64,000 nt of DNA from positions 205,530,001 to 205,594,000 of the forward strand of contig OZ360222.1 in NCBI GenBank assembly GCA_977017645.1, read 5' to 3'. The notes beneath the pieces were generated by a model. That model was not told the DNA's origin, did no database searches, and saw nothing but the letters and a program-made list of their open reading frames with translations. Shown here piece by piece: positions 1 through 11,579 of the stretch (positions within the stretch are counted from its first letter, which is position 1; every line of letters begins with the position of its first letter). This DNA is from Torpedo marmorata (taxonomy: Eukaryota). Both the position numbers and the translations under genes were made by a program.

Positions 1-837
1 AGGGATCTGTGCTGGGACCATTGATGTTTGTCATCTATATCAATGATCTGGATGATAATGTGGTAAATTGGATCAGCAAGTTTGCAGATGACACTAAGAT
101 TGGAGATGTTGTGGACATTGAAGAAGGTTTTGAAAGCTTGCAGAGGGATCTGGACCAGCTGGAAAAATAGGCTGAAAAATGGCAGATGAAATTTAATGCA
201 GACAAGTGTGAGGTGTTGCATTTTGGAAGGACAAACCAAGAAAGGACATACACGGTAAATGATAAGGCACTGAGGAGTGTGGTAGAACGTTGGGATCTGG
301 GAATACAGATACACAATTCCATGAAAGTAGCGTCACAGGTGGATAGGGTTGTAAAGAGAGCTTTTGGCATATTGGCCTTCATAAATCAAAGTATTGAGTA
401 TAGGAGTTGGGATGTTATGGTGAAGTTGTATAAGACATTGGTGAGGCCAAATTTGGAGTATTGTGTGCAGTTTTGGTCACCTAACTACAGGAAAGATATC
501 AATAAGATTGAAAGAATGCAGAGAAGATTTACTGGGATGTTGCACGGACTTCAGGAACTGAGTTACAGGGAAAGGTTAAACAGGTTAGGACTTTATTCCC
601 TGGAGCGTAGAAGAATGAGGGGAGATTTGATAGAGGTATTTAAAATTATGAGGGGGATAGAGAGTAAATGTAGGTAGGCTATTTCCACTGAGGGTAGGTG
701 AGAGACAAACCAGAGGACATGGGTTAAGGGTGAAAGGGGGAAAAGTTTAGGGGAAACATGAGGGGGAACCTTCACACAGAGAGTGGTGGGAGGGTGTAAC
801 GAGCTGCCAGCTGAAGTGATGAATGCAGGCTCAATTT
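1..837 (+). mobile_element. CR1 LINE, 3' part of RT (fragment 1 of an interrupted copy)
   Basis: KFADDTK-type RT motif near 79-100; ORF 186-677 has CR1 C-terminal motifs (KCEVLHFGR, LVRPNLEYCVQFWSP, LYSLERRRMRGDLIE). The tail resumes at 4161. Confidence 0.92.
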
Positions 838-3800
838 AAAAAATATATACCGGTATATATTTTTTCATTTTCACAAAAAGTCCACAATATAAACAAAAAA
901 TATACAATTTCCAATTATACACATTATTATTGAACTCTCCCTCCCTCCCCCAACTGAAAAGAACAAACATAAAAAAAATAAAACATACAGAAGATAAAGA
1001 AAATAAGAAACTAAACGTTCTGTCAGTACTTACATTGATTTTTCAACCTTCTTGGAGGCGCCACACCATTAAATATTTATACATTACATTGTACTGTACT
1101 TTAGGGTTTAAATTACAGCTGGACACCAATATACTCTAGGTATGATTACCACACTTTTTTTAAAAATATTTTATTTAAAATTTTTAAATCACAAAATACA
1201 TAAAAGAAAATATAAAATTATCAAATTATTTATGATACATTTTCACCCCCCCTCCCTCCCTCACCTCCCCAACCCTCCCAACCCCACTAATCTAATAAAA
1301 AATAAAAATAGAAAATAAAAATAGAAAAAGAAAAAGAAAGAAAAAGATAGAGTAAGGAGAATGCCAATCTATAAACTAATTCTATTATGGAGGTCAAGTA
1401 TGCCAGTAGATCCGTTATCCAGAGATCTTCAAATCCTTAAACCAACAGCTTTCATATATGGGCTCCAAATTTTTAAGAAGAAATGATATTTATTACGTAA
1501 ATTCTAAGTAATTTTTTCAAGTGGTATACATGAACGAAGTTCTGCATGCCATCTTTCTAATCCTAAATCTAAATCAGATTTCCAAGTAATAGCAATGCAT
1601 TTCTTTAAAACAGCTAAAGCAATTCGCAAAAATTCTATTTGATACATATTTAATTTCATCTTAATACTAAATTTTCTAATATCTCCAAACAAAAATATCA
1701 TAGGATCCATTGGGAATGTAATCTTAAATACTTTATCTAAAAAATTTTTAACTTTCAACCAAAAATCATAAACTTTTGGACAAAACCATGTAGAATGTAC
1801 AAAAGACCCTTCCTCTTTATTACATCTAAAACATAAACCTGATAGTGTCGGATTAAATTTCTTTAATTTTTTAGGTGTTAAATATAATTGATGAAAAAAA
1901 TTGTATTGTACTAATCTATATCTAACATTAATAATCTTCGTCATACTTAATTTACATAATTCTTTCCAATGATTTTCATCTATTCTTACATTCAAATCTA
2001 ATTCCCATTTTAATCTTGATTTATGCAATCCTACTTTAGGCATTTTCCTCTGAAACAATTTATACATTTGAGAAATAAATTTATTAACATCTCCATTAGT
2101 AACTAATAATTCTAATTCATTTTGTCTTGGTAAAATCAAGGCATAACCTAATTTCTCAATCAAAAAAGCTCTAATTTGATAATAAGCAAAAAGTGTATTA
2201 TCTAATATATTAAATTTATCTTTCATTCTTTAAAAAGTAATAAATTTCCCAGCTTCAAAACAATCATTAATCTTCTTAATTCCTTTTTGAAACCAAATTT
2301 TAAATAATTGATTATTAATAGTAAATGGAATAAGTCAATTTTGATATAAAGGCATCCTTGAAGAAATCAATCCTTTTCCTCCTATTTCCTTATCCGTCTT
2401 ATTCTATATTTCAAACAAATGTTTAAACATAGGCGAATTTTTCTTTCTTGTTGATATTAATTTAGAATCCCATTTATAAATAATTTCTTCTTTGGAATCT
2501 TCTCCTATATTATTTAACTCTATTTTAATCCAAGCAGAAGATTTAGTTGAATCAAAAAATTCATTAACAAATTTTAGTTGAGCTGCTTTATAATAATTTT
2601 GGAAATTAGGAAGTTGTAAACCACCCATTTCATAATTCCAAGTTAATTTTTCCATACCTACTCTTGCTAACTTTCCTTTCCATAAAAATTTTCTAATAAT
2701 TGAATTTAAATCTTTAAAAGTTTTTTGAGGAATTCCATAAGGAATTGATTGAAAAAGATATTGTATTTTTGGAAAAACATTCATTTTAATACAGTTTACT
2801 CTTCCCATTAAAGTTATAGGTAAATCTTTCCAATTTTCTAAATCTTTCTTTATTTTCACAAATAATGGTAGATAATTTAATTTGTATAAATTAGCCAATT
2901 TTGTGTCAACCCTTATTCCCAAATATTTAATTCCTTCCTTTGCCCATTTAAATTGTGTGATTTCTTTACATCCACTATAATCCCCTTGTGATAATGCCAT
3001 AATTTCACTTTTATCAGAATTAATTTTATATCCAGATATTTCCCCATATTCTCTCAATAACACAGACAATTGTACTAAGGATGTAATAGATTTTGTCATA
3101 TATATCAATACATCATCTGCAAACAAACTAATTTTATGTTCTTCCATTCCAACTTTAATACCAACTATTTTAGGATCTTTTCTAACTAATTCTGCCAAAG
3201 GTTCTATCGCCAAAATAAATAATGCTGGTGACAAAGGACATCCTTGTCTAGTAGATCGAGTCAAAGGAAATTTTGAAGAAATTTGTCCATTTGTAACAAC
3301 TTTAGGAGATGGTTCTTTATATATAGTTTTAATCCAATTAATAAATGTATTTCCAAAACCAAATTTCTCCAATACCTTAAATAAAAAATTCCACTCTAAT
3401 CTATCAAAAGCCTTTATGATTACCACACCTTGACAAATGTATCATATTTACCGGTATTCCTAAGATTATATGTGATTTTCTCCAAAGGAATACAGCTGCG
3501 CATTTCTGCTGACCATCGAGTGATAAGAAGGGGGAAGTCGGACTTCCAAGTGACTGCTATGCATTTTTTTGCTACGGACAAAGCAACTAGCACAAATTGA
3601 ATTTGGAATTTAGTTCATTTGTAGCTTATGTCCATTAGATTTCCAAAGAGATACAACTCCGGGTCCAGTGGAAAGGCTACCCCTGTAATTCTGGTTAGTG
3701 TATTAGATATATCATACCAAAAGGGTCGTACCTTTGCACAGGACCAAGTGGAGTGCAGGAAAGTTCCAATTTCTCCACCACATCTGAAACACATTTCCAA

Positions 3801-4160
3801 TATTTCGGATTTTGATTTGTGTAACTTTTGTGGTGTGAGATATAGTTGGTGCAAGAAATTATACTGGACCAACCTGTATCTAGCATTAATAACCATCGTC
3901 ATACTATTCCTACACCAGTCTGACCAGCAACGCTCCTGAATTGTCGGACCCAGGTCCGACTCCCACCTCTCCCTCGATCTATGTATACCCGCCTTAGGGC
4001 TTTTGCCTTGGAGCACAAATTACATTCTGGATATAAATTTAAGTGCATTTCCCAGTCGAAGTAACTGTTCTACCTCGTTGCTTGTAGGTGGAGTCATTGT
4101 AGGAACCCACCTTTCTCACAGGAAGGATCTTACTTGGAGAAAACAATGGAAGGTTCTATT
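838..4160 (-). mobile_element. 5'-truncated L1-clade LINE (older family) inserted in the CR1 and itself interrupted at 1155-3414
   Basis: ORF 3615-4016 encodes the L1 ORF2 C-terminal Cys/His region (CFRCGGEIGTFLHSTWSC); 3' UTR at ~845-1140; flanked by degenerate TSD aatgcAggctcAattt (822-837) / aatgcGggctcGattt (4161-4176). Confidence 0.8.
1155..3414 (-). mobile_element. 5'-truncated L1 LINE (AT-rich family), RT to 3' end
   Basis: ORFs 2404-3426 (KAFDRLEW, RQGCPLSP, LFADD) and 1504-2226 (CFRC...HSTWFC); perfect 14-bp TSD tatgattaccacac at 1141-1154 and 3415-3428. Confidence 0.95.
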
Positions 4161-4335
4161 AATGCGGGCTCGATTTTAACAGTTAAGAAGAATTTGGACA
4201 GGTACATGGATGGGAGAGGTATGGAGGGCTATGGGATGGGTGCAGGTCAGTGGGACTAGGCAAAAAAAAAAAATGGTTCGGCACAGACTCGTAGGGTTGA
4301 AGGGGCCTGTTTTTGTGCTGTAATGTTCTATGGCT
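4161..4335 (+). mobile_element. CR1 3' UTR (fragment 2, continuation of 1-837)
   Basis: aagaagaatttggacaggtacatggat...gggcctgttt...gtgctgtaatgttctatgg, same tail as the CR1 at 49590-49760 (reverse). Confidence 0.85.
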
Positions 4336-4345
4336 GTATGGTATG

Positions 4346-5343
4346 TCTGACAGATCAGAAACACTCTTCAGGAGGCAGGTGTGACTACTGTCCGCAGAAG
4401 ACTTCATGAACAGACATACAGAGGCTACACTGCAAGATGCAAACCATGACAAAGGTGGTATGCTTTGGATCTTGGGCAGTTCCTTTACGCCTTCACACTT
4501 TGCTCTTGTCATCACTCTGATATAGGTTAATCTTGGTCACATCTGTCCATAGGACCTTTTTTCCAGAATTCTGCAGGCTCTTTTAAATACTGCTTGGCAA
4601 ACTGTAATCTGGCCATCCTTTTTCTGTGGCTAACTAGTGGTTTGCATCTTGCAATGTAGCCTCTGTATTTCTGTTCATGAAATCTTCTGCAGACAGTAGT
4701 CATTGACATATCCACACCTGCCTCCTTAAGAGTGTTTCTGATCTGTTGGACATACATTTGGGGATTTTTTTTCTTCATAATGATGAGAATTCTTCTGTTA
4801 TCAGCAGTGGCGTTCTTCCTTGGAATACCAGTCCCTTTGCGATTACTGAGCTCACCAGTCTGCTCTTTCTTAATGATATTCCAAACAGTTTATTTTGGTA
4901 ATCCTAAAGTTTGGGAGATGTCTCTTACTTATTTATTCTTGTTTTTCAGCCTCACAATGGCTTATTTGACTTTCAATGGCACAACTCTGGTCCTCATGTT
5001 GAAAAATGGCAATTACAGACTCCAAAGGTGATCAAAAGCTTAGAAGCAAGCCTAGCTCTCTTATACCTGCACCAATGAAGCAATTAAACATACCTGAGTA
5101 CTCACACATACCTGTGAAGCCAAATGTCCCAAACATTATGGTGCCTTGAAATGGGGGAACTATGTATAAAAAGTGCTGTAATTTCTACATGATCAAACCA
5201 AAGTGTATACAAATAACCTAGAATGAAATCTGGAATGCGCACTTTGATCACATGTGAATTGTTTGATTACAAATTTAAAACTGTGGAGCACGGGTAAATA
5301 AAGGAAAAAAGTGTCTTTGTCCCAAACATTATGGAGGGCACTG
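4346..5343 (-). mobile_element. Tc1-family DNA transposon remnant (left IR/DR end plus N-terminal transposase), rearranged
   Basis: Terminus CAGTGCCCTCCATAATGTTTGGGACA on - strand next to TA (5344-5345); inner direct repeat tgtcccaaacattatgg at ~5125; ORF 4527-4778 resembles Tc1 HTH/linker (ARCKPLVSHRKRMARLQFAKQYL...FWKK). Confidence 0.88.
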
Positions 5344-5384
5344 TATCTATCTATTCTGTTATTTTTTTCTCTCTTGTGTAGCAT

Positions 5385-5500
5385 TGTTAACTTGTACTTA
5401 TTGTTTTTGTGTATTTATGTACCTGTGTAGCTGCAGCAAGCAAGAATTTCATTTCACTGTACAGTGTACTTGTGCATGTGACAATAAACTCTCATCATCA
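5385..5500 (+). mobile_element. Short 3' tail of a Rex1/L2-type retroelement
   Basis: gctgcagcaagcaagaatttcat...gtgacaataaac followed by (tca)n; related tails on - strand at ~35355-35420 and ~51535-51600. Confidence 0.6.
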
Positions 5501-5609
5501 TGTTACATTCGTTTTTAAAGGGGCTTTGAGAACATCCTTGAAGAATTTTCCTATCCTCTTGGAAATCTCTTGCTATGAAGAAGCTTGTTTTAGGAGTCTG
5601 GTGTCAAGT

Positions 5610-6455
5610 TTAAATGGCGGTGCTGCCGGAGCCGCTGTAGCGGCAGCGCTGCCGCTGGTATGGACCCGCGGGGAGCGTGGGAGCGGAGATACAGCGCTCC
5701 CGCGGGGTCCAGCCGCCCAGTCGGCTGCCGTCGGTTCCGCACGGGCTTTGAACGGCCCGTTAAAGGAGCCGACGGTGGTTTTATTTGAGATCCCGCGACC
5801 GCGGGGTCTGCGCCCAAGATGGCAGCGCCTTTAAATCGGCAGCAGAGGGGCTGCAGACTCCGGGGAATTGGGGAACTGGAGCAGGGCACCAGAGGACGGG
5901 AAGATCACCCCCGTCTGAGAAGGAGAAGCGGAGGAGACGACCCACAGGACGGTGACCACAGCGGCGGACCGGTTAGGGGCTCTGAGGCTGAAGCACCAGT
6001 GCATGCGGCGGGCTGCTGGCGACTCGAGGCGAGGAACCCGCGGAGGCTGTGGGCTGCTGGAGACTGCTGTCGGGGGACTCACGCCGGGCTGTGGACTGCT
6101 GGAGGCTGGCTCGAACTGGCTGGAGGAGTACCAGGTATCGGAACTGGGATGCGAGGGGGTGCCGAGGGCGACCTGACCGTGTTGGAGGTTCGGATCTGGA
6201 GCTCGGGATGCCGATCGTTTGGACTGGACTCTGTGTGGCTGTGGAAGCGCTGGAGGCGAATCTACGGACACTCGGTGACTCTGGGGGGACTCTCTTTTGC
6301 TTCTCTTTCTCTGACTGTAAGGAATGTTAGAGGCGCTTAGGCAATTTCTGCCGGTGGCGAATCTGTCTGCCTTGCAGCAGGCAAAAAGAAATTTCATGGA
6401 ATATGACACTGTCTTATTACTATGACAATAAATTGAATCTTGAATCTTGAACCTT
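5610..6455 (+). mobile_element. GC/CpG-rich non-autonomous retroelement (~840 bp), copy 1
   Basis: Starts aaatggcgg, ends atgacaataaa(ttgaatc)n; clearly homologous to 35692-36417 (+) and 40017-40813 (-); no recognisable protein domain in any frame. Confidence 0.85.
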
Positions 6456-6994
6456 GAAGTGTGTAGACAGTGTGTGTGACCATCAGAGCTGGCTGAGTGC
6501 ACTTGGACCCTTGGTGTTAGGGATGTTGGTCCGAGAAAGGACAATGATATTGTTAGTCATCCTGGCAGCAGAATTGGAGTCTCCACAGTACCGAGTGTGG
6601 GTACTCCACGACTCTCAAGCTTGCAGGATGAATGGGATCATTGTTACCAAGAGCATTGAGCACATGAGACGGTTCCTCTACCACCCTGCCTGCTCCCCAA
6701 CAATAAAGGTCCATGAAACCTGAAGAAAATGGATCACACTCTGTGAAGGCAGGCATGGTGACAAGATTTACTCAGGCTCTGGTGCACTAGCACAACCTGT
6801 GGGCATCTGAGCAATACAGTCTTTGAAGATGAAGGCCTTAAATACGCTGACATGGAGCGGTGGGGAAACGAGGCATTCAGTTTAATTTTCCGGGGGCATG
6901 GCAGAATAAAAACATTGAAATTAAGGTCTGTGAATGTATATGATGCATTTGTCTAGTATATGTATATTTTTATATTTAATTTTCTACATTTTAT

Positions 6995-7203
6995 TTACAA
7001 CACAGTAGAAGCGGATTCCAGCCACTTAACCTGTGCTACCCTATTAACCTACAACCCCCGTACATTTTTAAGGGTGGGAAGAAACTAGCGCACCCGGGGA
7101 AAACCCATGCAGACACTGGGAAAACATACAAACTCCTTACAGACAGTGCTGGATTTGAAACCGGGTCGCTGGTACTGCAATAGCGTTGTGCTAACCACTA
7201 TGT
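6995..7203 (-). mobile_element. tRNA-derived V-SINE (HE1-like)
   Basis: Minus strand shows tRNA-like A/B boxes (tagtggttagc...gggtttcaaatcc) then the V domain gtaaggagtttgtatgtt...gtgtctgcatgggtttcccc; second copy at 23905-24135. Confidence 0.8.
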
Positions 7204-7384
7204 NNNNNNNNNNNNNNNNNNNNNNNNNNNNNNNNNNNNNNNNNNNNNNNNNNNNNNNNNNNNNNNNNNNNNNNNNNNNNNNNNNNNNNNNNNNNNNNNN
7301 NNNNNNNNNNNNNNNNNNNNNNNNNNNNNNNNNNNNNNNNNNNNNNNNNNNNNNNNNNNNNNNNNNNNNNNNNNNNNNNNNNNN
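7204..7384. other. Assembly gap (181 N)
   Basis: Run of N between a SINE and a Rex1 copy. Confidence 1.
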
Positions 7385-8750
7385 AAGGGCATCATTCATC
7401 CTGGTACCCAAGAAGAGTTGTGTGGGCTGCCTCAACGACTACCGCCCAGTAGCACTAACTTCTACTGTGATGAAATGCTTTGAGAGGCTGGTCATGGCCA
7501 GAATTAACACATACCTAAGCAAAGATCTGGACCCACTGCAATTCGCCTATCATCACAATCGCTCCACAGCAGATGCAATATCGCTGGCTCTCCACTCAGC
7601 TCTGGATCACCTCTAAAACAGCAATTCATACATACGGCTGCTCTTCATCGACTACAGCTCGGCCTTCAATACCATTGTTCCCTCAGTGCTGGTCAAGAAG
7701 CTACAAACTCTAGGCCTCTGTACCCCCTTCTGCAACTGGATCCTTGACTTTCTCATCGGAAGACCACAGTCAGTACGAATTGGAAACAACGTCTCCTCCT
7801 CACTGATTATCAACACAGGCGCACCCCAAGGATGCGTGCTTAGTCCACTGCTCTACTCGTTATACACCCATGACTGTGTGGCCAGGCACAATTCCAATAC
7901 CATCTGCAAGTTTGCCGATGACACCACAGTTGTCGGCAGAATCACAAACGGCAATGAGGAAGCGTACAGGAGGGAGATAGAGCAGATCGTTGAATGGTGT
8001 AACGACAACAACCTTGAGCTCAACGTCAGGAAAACCAATGAGATGATTGTGGACTTCAGGAGGAAGTCAGGGGAACATGACCCAGTCCTCATCGAGGGCT
8101 CAGTAGTGGAGAGGGTCAAGAACTTCAAATTCCTGGGTGTCAACATCTCCGAGGATCTGTCCTGGAGCATCCACGTTGATGCAATCACAAAGAAGGCTCG
8201 TCAGCGGCTATACTTTGTGAGGTGTCTGCGGAGATTCGGTATGTCACCGAAGACTCTCGTAAACTTCTACAGGTGTACCGTGGAGAGCATTCTGGCTGGT
8301 TGCATCACTGCCTGTTATGGAGGCGCCAACTCCCAGGACAAGAGTAAACTCCAGAGGGTTGTTAACTCGGCCTGTGACATCACAGGCACCAAACTTCACT
8401 CCATCGCGGACATCTACATGAGGCGGTGTCTTAAAAAAGCAGCCTCTATCCTCAAAGACCCCCACCACCCAGGCCATGCCCTCTTTACTCTGCTTCCATT
8501 GGGAAAAAGGTACAGGAGCCTAAAGACGAGCACTCAACGGCACAAGGACAGCTTCTTCCCCGCTGCCATCAGATTCCTGAATAATCAATGAACCAAAGAC
8601 ACTGGCTTACTTTTCGTGCACTATTGTTTATAATTTTTTATAGTAAGGTCGTAAGATGGTTAATATGAATGTTAATTGTACTATGATGCTGCATGAAAAC
8701 ACCGAATTTCATGACTTGTTCATGACAATAAATTCTGATTCTGATTCTGA
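7385..8750 (+). mobile_element. Rex1/Babar-clade LINE, 3' part (copy A)
   Basis: [41 protein letters not shown]; 3' end atgacaataa(attctg)n; premature TAA at 7614. Confidence 0.92.
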
Positions 8751-8789
8751 TATATTTGTTTCTGTGCTTGTGCGTGTATAGTATATGTA

Positions 8790-8950
8790 TTTATTTCTCA
8801 GACAATGCCAAAGCACTTTACAGCTAACTAAGTACTTTAAAAGTATATTCAGTATTGTAATGTAAGGAAGATGATCATAGGGCAACGAGGCCACAATTAG
8901 AATCAAATCATCCTCAGCAAACACACAGTCAAAATAGCTGATCTTTGGCA
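8790..8950 (-). mobile_element. Possible old Deu/AmnSINE-type SINE remnant
   Basis: ccaaagcactttacagctaactaagtacttt...ttgtaatgtaagga resembles the reverse of the Deu-SINE 3' region; degenerate. Confidence 0.4.
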
Positions 8951-9143
8951 GAATTCTCAAAACTCAGAATGTTTGATTAAGCTAGTTAATAAAATTAAGA
9001 TGTGGTAACAATTTAATCTTAATTCATAACGCTTGGACTCAGCAAGGAAAAGTGCCTTGCTTCGATTGTAATGAAGGGCTTTGCCAGTCTTTGAGTTGGT
9101 TTGGGGATCACCTAAAGGAAGTGGGGGAAAAATAATAATTCTT

Positions 9144-9906
9144 TTTTATTTTAAATATTTTATTTAAAACTTTAAAATCACACAATACACAGTTTAAAAC
9201 GCAAATTTCTCAAATTACATGTGATACATTTTCACCCCCCCTCCCTCCCTCCCCTCCCTAACCCTCCCGAAAAGAAAGAAAGAAGAAGAAAAGGATAGAG
9301 TAAGGAGAATGTCAATCTAAAAAGAACAACTATAAACTGATCTTATTGTGGAGGATAGGCTCGCCAGCCAGACCCGATGTCCAGAGATCTTCAAATCCTT
9401 AAACCCACAATTTTTATATATGGGCTCCATACTTCCAAAAAGAAATGATACTTATCACGTAAATTATATGTAATTTTTTCGAGTGGTATGCAAGAACGCA
9501 ATTCTGCGTGCCATCTTTCCAACCCTAAGTCTACATCCGACTTCCATGTAGTGGCAATACATTTCTTAGAAACGGCTAAAGCAATCCGTAAAAATTCTGT
9601 CTGGTACATATTTAATTTCCCTTTAACACTGGTTCCTTCAATATCTCCAAACAAAAATATCATAGGATCCATTGGAAGTGTAGTTCCTAATACTTTATCT
9701 AAAAATTTTTTAACTTTCAACCAAAAATCATAAACTTTTGGACAAAACCATGTAGAATGTACAAAAGAACCTTCCTCTTTATTACATCTAAAACATAAAC
9801 CAGATAATGTCGGATTAAATTTCTTTAGTCTTTTAGGTGTTAAATATAGTTGATGAAAAAAATTATATTGCACCAATCTATATCTAACATTAATAATCTT
9901 CGTCAT
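9144..9906 (-). mobile_element. 5'-truncated L1 3' end
   Basis: ORF2 C-terminus (CFRCNKEEGSFVHSTWFC...); perfect 17-bp TSD gaaaaataataattctt at 9127-9143 and 9907-9923. Confidence 0.95.
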
Positions 9907-10025
9907 GAAAAATAATAATTCTTGCCAGTTTGGGTAACATTTTAAAAATAAATCTGAAGGATTCAGATGTTGGAGCATTATCGATCTCAAATAAAAGGTT
10001 GGAATGTGACGTTCAGCACTGTTTT

Positions 10026-10162
10026 AACCATAAGACATAGGAGCATTGAGTCTGCCCCGTCATTCAATCATGAGCTGATCCATTTTCCCACTCAGTCCCA
10101 CTGTCCAGCCTCTCCATAACCTTTGATGCCCTGGCTAATCGAGAACCTATCAATCTCCCTTA
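10026..10162 (-). mobile_element. CR1 3' tail fragment
   Basis: Matches the CR1 tail at 15750-15975 and the reverse of 18400-18510. Confidence 0.75.
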
Positions 10163-10181
10163 ACAGGGGAATAACACTGAA

Positions 10182-10401
10182 TTACAGCACCAATAGCCTG
10201 AATACGACTGGGATTGTCTGATCTCGGAAGCTAAGCAGGCACAGGACTGGTCAGTACTGGGAACACCAGGAGCTGTAGGTTTCTGTGAGGGGCGCTGGAC
10301 AAAGTAGCAACTCTTTGTCTGCCTTACGGAAGACAAAAATTAAAGAATGTCATGTATGTTGCATTCTAAATGTAGTATTACGTGACAATAATGGAACCTT
10401 T
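10182..10401 (+). mobile_element. 5S rRNA-derived SINE (SINE3 type), copy 1
   Basis: tctgatctcggaagctaagcagg...tggtcagtact...ccaggagctgtaggttt is 5S rRNA-like (box A present, part of box C region deleted), followed by a non-5S tail ending gtgacaataatggaaccttt; second copy at 55344-55563. Confidence 0.88.
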
Positions 10402-10699
10402 AATAATTTCAGATCACATTTTCCATTGTCGTGACCTCTGTCCTCAAACTCAAAATTGTTGCCAATCCTTGCAGTGAAGACTCGTACCTGAATTATGATC
10501 TTTTGGGCAAAGTTAGTGTTTGACAATTTATCATTTAAAAAGATATAGCTAAACAAGCCATTTTTCTGAGTTACTTTGCTGACTTTTTCTGTGAAAAGGA
10601 GTGTGAAAGAAGGTGGATCTGAACAGCTAAAGCTGTAACCATTCAGCAGATTAGGCCTTCTCAATGGAAAGAGATATTATTGGTGTTTCAGGTGGAAAG

Positions 10700-10818
10700 C
10701 TTCTCACCTAAATGGGGGAAGAGGAAACTGGTTATTCATTCCACAGATGTTGCTTGACCTGTTGAGGTTTTCTTGCATTTTATGCTTTTATTTAGGTTTT
10801 CAGCATCTGCAGTTTTTT
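10700..10818 (+). mobile_element. Degenerate Penelope-type terminal fragment
   Basis: gaaac...cacagatgttgcttgacctgttgag...cagcatctgcagttttt resembles the PLE terminus at 33030-33149. Confidence 0.55.
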
Positions 10819-11579
10819 CTTATATTTATTTGCAGTGAATATGAGAGACTTTTGTTTGTCTTCATAAGTTTTACCTGGCCATCAGTATATGCACTGCACA
10901 TTCTACTTGTTACAGGCAGTGGTTAGCCTGGTTGACACCCTGCCGCAAGCATGTGTACTTTGTACCATCTGAGATACCTGACATGGCAAAACTTGGACTG
11001 TTTATAAAAGATGAACTTAGTGCCAGATGTGTGCCACTCAAATGGAATTCAGAGATTCCTTGACTTATTCTTCCCTGTTCATTTCTGTTGGTGCTGCTAA
11101 TCCAATTTGAGGTTTTCTGTGTGTTGGATCCCTGCTTTATGAATGTAAATATCCATCAAACATGTTGCAATGCATGAAGGAATGATGCCCTTGATGTTGG
11201 TGCAACATAGTGTAAAGAGAAACAGCAATAGAGAAAACTTGTTTACGAAGTCAGCTCGAGAGTTTAAGTGTGCAGGAAAATGGGACTTGCCCAACTTGGG
11301 CTGAAGGGTCTGCTCCATGCTGTGTGACTCAATGAGAGAGTTTACTGATGGCAATGAAAGCCTCCGCGTCAAACCCTGGGAATTGATTGCCTCCGTGTTT
11401 AGCTGAAGCTAGATCTCTTATCCAGTAGCTCATCTAAAGACTTTAAAAGTTGGCTCAGACTCTGGAATTAACCTTGTATTTGTGATGGAACGGATTTGTA
11501 AATCATGAGAGGTTTTTTTCTTCTTGGTACCCACTCCCTTGTACTAGAATTCAGATTTATTGTCAAGAGTACATACGTG

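Noticed and set aside
5409-6544. Overlapping ORFs in the GC-rich element (also 35680-36372 and 40071-40838)
   Set aside because: Frames are not preserved among the three copies; stop-codon scarcity is explained by high GC.
7085-7616. ORFs spanning the N run
   Set aside because: Artefacts of translating through the assembly gap.
10182-10280. 5S rRNA gene
   Set aside because: Diverged, partly deleted, not in a tandem array and fused to a retroposon tail shared with 55344-55563; it is a SINE head.
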